Shown one piece after another: positions 20,256-29,900 of a DNA stretch of 64,000 nt. Position numbers and translations under genes: made by a program. The DNA comes from Blastocatellia bacterium (GTDB lineage: Bacteria > Acidobacteriota > Blastocatellia > UBA7656). The notes beneath the pieces were generated by a model. The model saw only the letters and a list, made by a program, of their open reading frames with translations, was not told the DNA's origin and searched no databases. The DNA lies in NCBI GenBank assembly GCA_035293105.1, contig DATDOV010000054.1, forward strand, positions 16,977-80,976. Direction: 5' to 3'. Numbering within the stretch: the first letter of the stretch is position 1; each line of letters starts with the position of its first letter.

Positions 20256-20392
20256 CCCAATAACCCAGGGGCCTGTGCAAAGAAGCTGAAGCCCCGCCGG
20301 CCTGCGGCCCTGGGTCAACCAATGCGGCCGCAACGCCGAAGAGCCGGCGCCTCTCACACGGATTCTCCGACGAATCCACGGAAGCCGGTTCC

Positions 20393-20500
20393 CACGATCC
20401 TAAGGCTTGATCCGGTTTATCGTCGCAACATGGCTCAGAAAAGAAGGCGAGCGCCTCGCCAGGCACGATCCTAAGGCTTGATCCGGTTTATCGTCGCAAC
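20393..20500. repeat. 37-bp direct repeat (71-bp period) duplicating the 3' end of the domain-X gene
   Basis: CACGATCCTAAGGCTTGATCCGGTTTATCGTCGCAAC occurs at 20393-20429 and again at 20464-20500. The second copy encodes the gene's C-terminus ...VATINRIKP and its stop codon. Confidence 0.75.
20437..20460 (-). terminator. Intrinsic terminator for the Tat-secreted domain-X gene
   Basis: Read on the reverse strand: GGCGAG-GCG-CTCGCC hairpin followed by TTCTTTTCT, 11 nt downstream of the stop codon. Confidence 0.45.
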
Positions 20501-20971
20501 GTAGGTCCAACCCCATCTGCTCATGGCGCCGGTGGGCACAACAAAGATCTGAAACTTGCCCAGTGTGCCGTGTTCGACGTTAAACGTGCTCTGGCGGTAC
20601 CTGGATCGCGCCGGTCCTTCGAACACCAACGCAAAGCACTCTTTCAGTGGCGCATTGCCGCCCGCACCCTCGGTCGGGCGCAGCGTCTCGACTGCGATGA
20701 GTTTCATGTCAATAAACGTACTTGACGTTGATCGCCTGAAAATGAAGTTCGAGCCAATCTGTTGATAGAAAACGCTGCTACTAAGTGTCGCGAACGGATC
20801 GGCCGGCGCCGAGGGCGAGGCCGGCGGCTTGGGAGCCGGCGGCGGCGGAGTCTTGGCTCCGGGCTTGGTTGAGTTCTGGCCGAACGCGGCGCTGTTCAGC
20901 ACCGCCGGCACGATCGCCGCGAGGCCGGACATTCCAGCCGCGCGCACAAAGAATCTTCGAGATAGCTGCAT
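20471..20971 (-). CDS. Tat-secreted protein carrying uncharacterised domain X
   Basis: AAGGAGGGG RBS 9 nt upstream of the internal ATG at 20971. Twin-arginine motif MQLSRRFFVRAAGMSGLAA. Pro-rich linker, then ...FNVEHGTLGKFQIFVVPTGAMSRWGWTYVATINRIKP. Confidence 0.7.
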   Translation of the reverse strand: MQLSRRFFVRAAGMSGLAAIVPAVLNSAAFGQNSTKPGAKTPPPPAPKPPASPSAPADPFATLSSSVFYQQIGSNFIFRRSTSSTFIDMKLIAVETLRPTEGAGGNAPLKECFALVFEGPARSRYRQSTFNVEHGTLGKFQIFVVPTGAMSRWGWTYVATINRIKP

Positions 20972-21139
20972 TGTCTGGGTCCCCTCCTTGAATGTGTACA
21001 TGCCTGAGATAAAGTTCCACCCCTGCCTAAGGGTCGCCTCAGTCTAAGCGCTTAGCAGGGAGGTTGCAATACTGGGTTCGGGTAGCTTGTTCACACAACC
21101 GCTTGTATGTGTGGGATTTGCGCCGTGGCCTTCGGAGGC

Positions 21140-21625
21140 TTACGGATAAACACGATTGATTATGGCTTCATAGTGCGGGCCCAGCTTGCCGTGTGGGTCT
21201 CCCGGAACGATGAACAACTGGAACGCGCCGAGTTCCTTGTGGCTAACATTGTAGGTCCCCTGCTTCAGGAGCGGCTCGGTCGGGCCGCGGAACGTGAGTG
21301 AGAAGGACTCTCTAACCGTATCCCCACTACCCTTCACGAAGGGCGGATTGAGGTCCTTGACTTCGACCAGAACCAAATCGGCGACGTGTTCAGAAGCACG
21401 CGAGAACGAGAAACTCGAGTCGATCTGTTCGCTGAACATGTTCCTCGTGATCTTGTACAGGGCGTCCTGCCGAACCTCCTTGGGAACAGGGTGGCCGATT
21501 TCGGATCCCAACCGCGCGCTTGATTGCTGGCGACCAGCCGAATCCGATGCGAGCCCGCCGCCCAAGAGCACGGCCAACACCATCACGAGTGCAGCCTTCA
21601 AGGACCTTCGAGGTGACGCGAACAT
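21140..21625 (-). CDS. Sec-secreted protein carrying uncharacterised domain X
   Basis: Signal peptide MFASPRRSLKAALVMVLAVLLGGGLA. C-terminus ...YNVSHKELGAFQLFIVPGDPHGKLGPHYEAIINRVYP matches the shared motif F..H..LG.F.LF.VP......Y.A.INR. Confidence 0.7.
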   Translation of the reverse strand: MFASPRRSLKAALVMVLAVLLGGGLASDSAGRQQSSARLGSEIGHPVPKEVRQDALYKITRNMFSEQIDSSFSFSRASEHVADLVLVEVKDLNPPFVKGSGDTVRESFSLTFRGPTEPLLKQGTYNVSHKELGAFQLFIVPGDPHGKLGPHYEAIINRVYP

Positions 21626-21710
21626 GATCTATCCTTCCCGTACCCGGAAACGCGGTGTAGCGATCACGTGTTGGAATCTACCGTGGCGGCTGGTAGCTGG
21701 GCAAGCCCGT

Positions 21711-21746
21711 CCTGATTAACCCTGCCCTGATTAACCCTGCCCTGAT
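21711..21746. repeat. Short tandem repeat (15-bp unit x2.4) upstream of the tail-collar promoter
   Basis: CCTGATTAACCCTGC CCTGATTAACCCTGC CCTGATA. Confidence 0.5.
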
Positions 21747-21797
21747 AGACTGATTAGGCATGATCATTTGCCAGATGCGACCATATCATATTGTGTG

Positions 21798-21827
21798 TTG
21801 ACTTACTGCCGGACTTGCCTATACAAT
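21798..21827 (+). promoter_or_regulatory. Sigma70-like promoter for the tail-collar triad, followed by a ~200-nt leader
   Basis: TTGACT, a 16-nt spacer, then TATACAAT, in a locally AT-rich stretch. The first downstream ATG with a good RBS is at 22043. Confidence 0.45.
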
Positions 21828-22042
21828 CGCGCGCCAGAAGGGACAATGTGGAGCCCTCAGTGATTGATGATTGAAGAAATCCCCTAAACAAGTCCCATGC
21901 CGGGTGCAGGTGACTGAAGATCTTGCTGGTGTCGCCTGGTTTCAAGTTGCTAGTCAGGTTGACGAGTGGCCGCTGGTAGGCGCCGGGCGGCGAGACTGCT
22001 CTTGAAGGTTGACGAACTTAACTTTTGAAGGAGGGATACCGA

Positions 22043-22540
22043 ATGGCAGAACCATTTCTGTCTGAGATCAGAATCTTCAGTTTCAACTTCGCGCCGAAGG
22101 GCTGGGCGCTTTGCAACGGCCAGTTGCTACCGATCAATCAGAACCAGGCGTTGTTCTCGCTCTTAGGAACGACCTATGGCGGTAACGGGCAGACGAATTT
22201 CGCGCTGCCGAACTTACAGGGCAACGTGCCGATTCACATGGGAAGCGGCCACACGTTGGGTGAACGAGGCGGCGAGCAGGCGCACACGCTATCGATTTCC
22301 GAGCTGCCGACGCATACACATGTGGCGCAAGCATCAACCAATAATGCCACACTGGCCCCGTCCAGCGGCAACCTGATGGGTTCGACCAGTAACGGGTATG
22401 CGGCAGCAGCGAACCTGACTTCCCTGCTTCCGAGCACCGTAGCCAATGTCGGTGGCAGTCAGGCCCACCTGAACATGCAGCCTTTTCTGGTCCTGAACTT
22501 CTGCATCGCGCTTCAGGGCATTTTTCCAAGCCAGAACTAA
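22043..22540 (+). CDS. Phage tail collar domain protein (MdpB/COG4675-like), paralog 1
   Basis: MAEPFLSEIRIFSFNFAPKGWALCNGQLLPINQNQALFSLLGTTYGGNGQTNFALPNLQG is the canonical tail-collar N-terminal signature. AAGGAGG RBS. Confidence 0.85.
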   Translation: MAEPFLSEIRIFSFNFAPKGWALCNGQLLPINQNQALFSLLGTTYGGNGQTNFALPNLQGNVPIHMGSGHTLGERGGEQAHTLSISELPTHTHVAQASTNNATLAPSSGNLMGSTSNGYAAAANLTSLLPSTVANVGGSQAHLNMQPFLVLNFCIALQGIFPSQN

Positions 22541-22555
22541 GGAGGAGAAGAACTA

Positions 22556-23059
22556 ATGGCACAACCTTACGTTGGCGAAATTAGAATGTTCGGGGGCAAC
22601 TTCGCGCCTGCCGGCTGGATGTTTTGCGAGGGCCAGTTGCTTCCGATCTCGGAAAACGAAACACTGTTTCAACTGATAGGCACGACCTACGGTGGAGATG
22701 GTGAAAGCACATTTGCGCTTCCCGACCTACGGGGTAGAGTTCCGATCCACTTTGGCAACGGCTTCACGCTGGCTGAGACGGGCGGCGCGGAAGAGATTAC
22801 CCTGACCGTCAACCAGATACCGGCTCACTCTCATCCCTACCTTGCCTCCACGAGCACAGGTGATCAACCCAACGCGCAGAACAACGTGGTCGCCGCTTCA
22901 CCCACGATTGACTGGTACATAGAAGACACCGCGACCAACGCGTTGGCGGCTCAGGGCCTGACAGGGACGGGCGGCAGTCAGCCGCACAACAACTTTCAGC
23001 CGTACCTCTGTGTTGATTTCATCATTTCACTCTTCGGGATCTTCCCGTCACAGACCTAA
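22556..23059 (+). CDS. Phage tail collar domain protein, paralog 2
   Basis: MAQPYVGEIRMFGGNFAPAGWMFCEGQLLPISENETLFQLIGTTYGGDGESTFALPDLRG; AAGGAGG RBS. Confidence 0.85.
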   Translation: MAQPYVGEIRMFGGNFAPAGWMFCEGQLLPISENETLFQLIGTTYGGDGESTFALPDLRGRVPIHFGNGFTLAETGGAEEITLTVNQIPAHSHPYLASTSTGDQPNAQNNVVAASPTIDWYIEDTATNALAAQGLTGTGGSQPHNNFQPYLCVDFIISLFGIFPSQT

Positions 23060-23068
23060 GGAGAAAAC

Positions 23069-23593
23069 ATGGCAGATCCATTCGTCGCTGAAATTCGGAT
23101 ATTCCCATTCAACTTCGCGCCCAAAGGCTGGGCGTTCTGCGATGGCCAGTTGATGCCGCTAAGCCAGAACACGGCGCTGTTCTCGCTGCTTGGGACGACT
23201 TACGGCGGCGACGGCAAATCGAATTTTGCATTGCCTAACATGCAGGGCAACGCGCCGATGCATCCGGGCCAGGGGCCCGGCCTTTCGCTCCACGACCTGG
23301 GTGAAACCGGCGGATCGGAAACAGTGACGCTGCTGGAATCCGAGATTCCGTCGCACAGTCATTTGATAATGACCCATAGTCAGGATCCGGCTGATCTCGG
23401 CTCGCCTACCCCGGCTCGGGCGCTGGCGCGGACGAATCGTGGGTTCGGATACGTCCCTCCAGCGGCCTTCACCAGTATGTCTCCTAATACGATTGCGCCG
23501 GCGGGGGGAGACCAGCCGCACAACAACATGATGCCGTACTTGACTTTGAATTTTTGCATCGCACTGCAGGGAGTCTTCCCGCCTCGCACGTAG
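23069..23593 (+). CDS. Phage tail collar domain protein, paralog 3
   Basis: MADPFVAEIRIFPFNFAPKGWAFCDGQLMPLSQNTALFSLLGTTYGGDGKSNFALPNMQG; TAAGGAG RBS. Confidence 0.85.
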   Translation: MADPFVAEIRIFPFNFAPKGWAFCDGQLMPLSQNTALFSLLGTTYGGDGKSNFALPNMQGNAPMHPGQGPGLSLHDLGETGGSETVTLLESEIPSHSHLIMTHSQDPADLGSPTPARALARTNRGFGYVPPAAFTSMSPNTIAPAGGDQPHNNMMPYLTLNFCIALQGVFPPRT

Positions 23594-23974
23594 CGGGGAG
23601 AGGAGTTGGAACGATTGTGCGGCGCGTGGCTCAACCCGATTGCCACGCGCCGCCATCTGTCGGGCGCGTTAAGCGCTGGAGGTGGCGCGCGAGCCTTCGC
23701 TATGAATGACCACGCTAAACACGCCCTGGTGAGAGCCCCCTTTAGACCTTGCCCTTCTCGGGCGTTTGAACTAAAGGAGGCCGGCTGACAACGCAGGCGC
23801 CGGACGCTTGTTGATTCCGTCCGGAGATTCGCCGGAATGTGCCTTTGTATGCGAGCGACTTACACGTGGCCTCGACTCAGCCGGTCCCGTCAGCGTCAGA
23901 CAATGGTGCCCCAGTAATATCGAAGAGATGGCTCACGCGTTGAGTCGTCCCCTTCCATACAAGGAGCGACAGTC

Positions 23975-26900
23975 ATGAAGGAGAGAAGCCAGATTCGGTT
24001 TGCCAGGTACTTGATCGGCGCGGTGATCGCACTCGCCGCCCTCAGCAACATTCTCGAGGTTTCGCCGAGGGCTTCAGGCCTGGGAGCCGGGACGGAACCG
24101 TCCGTCCGGGACTCACGGCTCAACGGCGGAGTGAGGATCGGCGACGGGTTCTCGAAGCGAAGCGATTTGGACCGCAGTATTCTCTCAAGGCCATCCCCGG
24201 CCTTCCCGGTGTCCATGAAAAACCTGCTCGCAACCGCGTCCGCGTTCTCGCCGGCAAGCCCGAGCGTCTCGGCCATGAAGAGCCACATGCTGAGCGACCC
24301 TCAGGCGGATCCGGGCGACACGATCACGTACACCGTCGTCATCTCTAATACCGGCATGATGGACGCCACCGGCGTGAACTTCTCCGACACCATTGATCCC
24401 AATACGACGCTCGTGGCGAACTCGCTCATCGTCTCTCCAATCGCCGTCAATGACAGCTACAATACGATCGGCAACGTCAACATCGACGTCCCCGCACCCG
24501 GACTGCTGGCAAACGACTTGAACCCGAACGGCAGCGGCACGCTGACTATCCAGTCGCCGCCGACAACAACCACAAACGGCGGGACGCTCTCCATCAACCC
24601 CACGACCGGCGCATTCACCTACAATCCACCGGTCGGCTTCGAAGGCATGGACACGTTCGACTACACGCTCGGCAATGGCACGGGCAAGACCGACACTGCT
24701 ACCGTGACGATCACCGTCAGCGGCCTGATCTGGTTCGTTGACAGCGCGGCTGTAATGAACGGCGATGGACGGCTGAGTTCCCCGTTCAACATTCTGACTG
24801 GAATGGGAAGCGCCGACTCCGTCGATACGGCCAACGACGTCATCTTCCTCTACTCCTCAATGACCAACTACACAGGGGGGATAACCCTTCTGAGCGCGGA
24901 AAAAGTCATCGGACAGGGCGCAAGCCAGTCGATACTGACGATCACCGGGTTCACCATGCCATCGGGCAACAACCTGCTGCCCACAACAGGCGGCTCCGAC
25001 CCCATGATTACGACGGTCGGGACGGACGCAATAACTCTTGGAACGAATAACGGGTTGCATGGCTTCACCGTGGGCAACACCGGCGCAGCCGGGACCGACA
25101 TAAGCGGGTCGAGCTTCGGCACCCTGACCGTTCGCGATGTCACCGTCAACGGGACCGGCCGTGGGCTCAACCTTGCGACCGGCACCATAGCCTCCGGATC
25201 AACGTTCGACTCGATTGAGTCGAGTGGAGGCAGCAACAACGAAGGTGTGCGCCTCAACGCGGTCGGCGGGTCATTCACAGCAACGACTACAAACATCGTG
25301 AATCCGACGGGCACCGGCATTGACGTTCAAAGCTCGACCTCGGGGGCTAACTTCAGTTTTGGCAACACGACGGCAAATAAGGGCTCGACATCCGGGACAG
25401 GCGTGAACTTGAATTCAAACGCCGGCTCGACGATATCATTCTCATCACTCGCCGTGACGACCAATAACGGTACGGGTGTGTCAGCAACCAGCAGCGGGAC
25501 AGTCAACGTGAGCGGCGGCTCGATCAACGCGACCGGCGGACCCGCGCTGCTGTCCAACCCGACGATGCTAGGGATGTCGTTTACGAACGTGTCGTCCACA
25601 GGCAGCAGCGCAACCGGCATAAGCCTCACCAGCGCGAGCGGTAGTCTGACAATTGGCTCGACAACCGTTACTAACGCCGCGAGCACCGGCATTCTGGTTC
25701 AAAGTCTCGCCTCCGGCGCGACCGCCAGTTTTGGCAACACCAGTATTACCAATCCGGATGGCGACACGACTGGCGGCACTGGAGTCAGGCTTATTGACAA
25801 CCTGGGCAATGTATCGTTTGCCGACCTCGACATTACTCCCGAAACGAATCAGCGCGGATTGCACGCGACAAACGGTGTAGCCAGTAGTGGAACGATCACG
25901 ACTACGAGCGGCACGATTTCGACTACCAGCCAGCCCGCGGTTGAGATCGACGGACCGGCCGCCAAAACGAGCTTGAACGTCACGCTCACGAGCGTCTCCA
26001 CTAACGGCGGCCCTAACGGAATAGCGCTTATCGACACTGGCGGCAGCTTCACCGTCGTCGGCACCGGCACGGCGAATTCAGGCGGTACTATCCAAAACAC
26101 TACCGGCGCTGATAACGCGCAAGCCGGAAACGGCATTTTCCTGATGAACGCCGATGACGTTTCGTTTGATCGAATGCTCCTGACGACGCACGACAATTTC
26201 GCGATCAAGGGCACCACCGTCAACGGGTTTGAATTCCTGAACAGCACTATCAACGGCACCAACGGCAATAATGACGGCGCGGACGAGGCCTGCATCTTCT
26301 TCAGCAACCTGGTAGGCACGGGTTTGATCAACAACAGCACCATCGAGGGCGGAGTCGAAAGCAACATAAGGGTGATCAACTCAACCGGCTCGCTCAACGC
26401 CTTGCAGGTCATGAACTCCACGATCCGGAGCAACAGCGCCACAACCGGCGGCGATGGCATCTTCGCCCGAGCGCAAAGCGGCGCCACTATGGTCGTCAAA
26501 GTGACCGGCTGCACCATGCACAGCAACAGGGACGATCATATTCAGACCGATGCCGAGAACTCCGGTAACATGACTACCGTGGTCACCGGGAACACACTGA
26601 CTTCCAATGGCACTGTCGGCGCCCCGGCGCAGGCGAGCACCTTGGGAGGCGGCGTCACGATTACGGGAGGAGCCGCCTTCTCAAGCTCCACATCGACTTA
26701 TAATGTCTCCAACAACACGATCACCGGCGCCAAGACTGCGCCGATCACCATCAACGTTGTCTCCGTCACATCAACCGCAGCCGGACTGCTCAGCGGGACC
26801 ATCAACAATAACACCCTCGGCCAGGCAGGCTCGGCCAATTCCGGGTCAAGCTCATCGGATGGCATCAGCGTGCTCGTCAACGGCGCGTCTACCGTCAACG

Positions 26901-29900
26901 CGACCATCACCAACAACCAGATAAGGCAGTTCAACAATATCGGCATTCAGATCATCAAGCGCGACGGACCGGGGAACATGAACGCAACTGTCACCGGTAA
27001 CACGGTCGCGGAGCCCGTAGCGCCCAACGCCTTGCAAGGAATCACAGTGACATCGGGCGCGACGGCCACCGACACCGGCACCACGTGCGCGGACATCGGC
27101 GGGGCCGGAGGGCTGGCAAACATCGTCACCGGTCCAAATTTCGGTGGCGACCTGATCAGGGTGCGTCAGCGCTTTGGCACAATTGTCCGGCTCCCGGGCT
27201 TCGTGGATGGGCCCGACCCGGATATTACGGTCGACGTCGTCAACTACCTCATAGGTCGAAACACGATCACCAACGAAGCTCCAAACGCTAAGGCATCCGC
27301 GACTACTCAAGCTCCGGGCAGCTTCGCTACGCCCGGCGGCGCGGCGTGTACGGCAGGAGCGATGCCAAGCTCGATTGTCTTAGAAAGTGAGATGGGCGGA
27401 CTGGCCCAAGCCGGCGTTGAAACTTCGCAAGATGAGGGAGGCGACATCGTCGACCTCAACCTTATGGCAACCTATGGCAAACGAATCAGACAACAAGGCG
27501 ACGACGAGGCGGAGAAACTCACTCAGGATGAGCTCAATGAGATCGTCCGCGCGGCGATCAGGAGATGGATCGAGCTCGGGGTTTCCTTTGAAGAACTCGC
27601 CAGAATCGAAGCGATGACGTTCGAGCTTGGCAGTCTTCCCGACAACAAGCTTGCGCAGTCATTCGGGAAGAGGGTTCGAATAGACAGGACCGCGGCGGAT
27701 TATGGATGGTTCGTCGATCCCACGCCTTTCGACGAACTCGAGTTCGAGACCGTGACCGGCACGGCGGAGCTTGAAGCAAGCGAGCGCAGCCCCGCATTCA
27801 GGCGAATCGACTTGCTCACGGTCGTGATGCGACAGCTCGGCAATGCGCTCGATAAGGACAATCCGTACCGCCAGCATCGCAGGCGCGGCCTGATGCTCGG
27901 CACGATCGACGCTTCACAGCGCCGCCTCCCCAGCAACGGACTGCTGAGGATCGGCCAAATCAAACCGGTTGATGAGAATGTCAACCACAAGGACCTCGTA
28001 GCAGCAGATCTCGCCGGGTCGAAGGGCGTACTCTCAATAGCCACGCGCGGCAATGACGGCGCGATTCACTCCAACGGGTCCTCCATCAACACGTTTGCCG
28101 GGTCGGAGAGGCTGAGGTCGACCCTCGGGGCCTCGCTCGCACAGGCGGGCTATCGGGCAGACCCGAACACGCCTCTTGCCAATCGCGCGAGACTCGCTGG
28201 ATTGGGCCGGGCGAGCGCGCCTCCGGTGGCGGCAACGGCATCCCCAAGCGGAGAGACCGTCGCCAAGATGATCGGGACGATCCCGCCGAATGAGAGCGTC
28301 ACCATAATGTTCCAGGTGACGATCGACAATCCCTTCCCGCCCAACGTCTGCGACATCAACAATTCCGCGACGATCTCCGGGTCGAACTTCATGTCATTGA
28401 ACACGAACACCGACACCGTGACCCTCACGATTCCGCCGACGATCATGTGTCCCAGCGACTTCATGGTCAATACAGACCCGGGGATGTGCACGGCTTCGGT
28501 CTCATGGATGACGACGGCGACCGGATGCCCCCCGCCAACGGTGAGCTGCTCGGACGGCATGAACACGATCACTTCGCCGCACAACTTCCCGGTCGGGATG
28601 ACCACGGTGACCTGCACGGCTACCAGCACTTCTGGCTCGGCCATGTGCAGTTTCAACGTGACGGTGACCGACAATCAGAACCCGATGATCTCGTGTCCGG
28701 CGAGCTTCTCACAGAACACGGATCCAAACGTGTGCACGGCCGTCGTGAGTTACATGGTGACGGCGACCGACAACTGCGGCGCTATCACTCCGATGTGCAC
28801 GCCGGCTTCGGGTTCGACCTTCCCGAAGGGCACAACCACTGTGAACTGCACGGCGACCGATCCCTCGAATAACATGGCCAGCTGCATGTTTACAGTGACG
28901 ATCAACGATAATCAGGCGCCGTCAGTTGGGCCGTGTCCGGCCAACGTCAACACGTCTACTGATCCGGGGATGTGCTCGGCGGTGGTGATGTTCACGACTC
29001 CGCCGGCTACCGACAATTGTCCGCCAGTGAACCCGACGGTCGTTTGCAGTCCCCCGTCAGGCACCGCATTCCCTGACGGTATGACGACGGTCACCTGCAC
29101 CGCGACCGATGCCTCAATGAATATGGGTAGTTGTTTCTTCGTCGTCACGGTGACCGACAACGAATCTCCAGTGCTCTCTTGTCCGCCCGACAACGGCGCG
29201 TTTGCTCCTTCGAGCGATTGCCTGCCGCCGACGAACTCGGCCTACGCCGGCACAACGACGGTGAACTTCCCGACCGGCAACAGTCTGAGCGGGGATAACT
29301 TCCTCTTCCAGTTCTCCGCCTGTGATGCGCCGCCGGCTGCGATGGCGGGCTCCATGACCACGAAGACGGTCAATGCGCTCGACCGCGGCACTATCACGAT
29401 CAGCCCTGGCTCTCCGATGTCCTTCCAGGCCCCTGCCGTCGTCATGGTTAAGACAACGTTCAACAACCAGAGCGGCGGGACGAGGACATTCGACACTGAG
29501 ATGTTGCAGCTTGACATCAGCGGGGGGAACCTTCCTGCCGGTGTGATGATTCGCGAGAGCCCCACAATGATGTCGACCGGTCAAACCAAGATCACCGACG
29601 CGAGCGGCGGCGGTTTCCGGATCGATAGCTTCTTCGACATCTTCGTCGAGTTGAGCGTCGATGGCGGACAGAACTGGATTCCGGGCGTCGACGGGATGTC
29701 ACAGCCGGTGGCGCTCCACGTGGACCTCGTGCAGACGACCGATCCCAACGCGTGCGACGCAGCAGGCGTGAAGCTGACGCCGACGACCGCGACCGACAAC
29801 TGCGATACGGTTACGGTGATGTGCACGCCGGCTTCGGGCTCGACGTTCCCGAAGGGCGTGACGACCATCAACTGTTCGGCGATGGATCTTTCCGGGAACA

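Noticed and set aside
20167-20466. 99-aa reverse-strand ORF spanning the duplicated segment and terminator
   Set aside because: It overlaps the terminator hairpin and the direct repeat, has no RBS, and its product is low-complexity.
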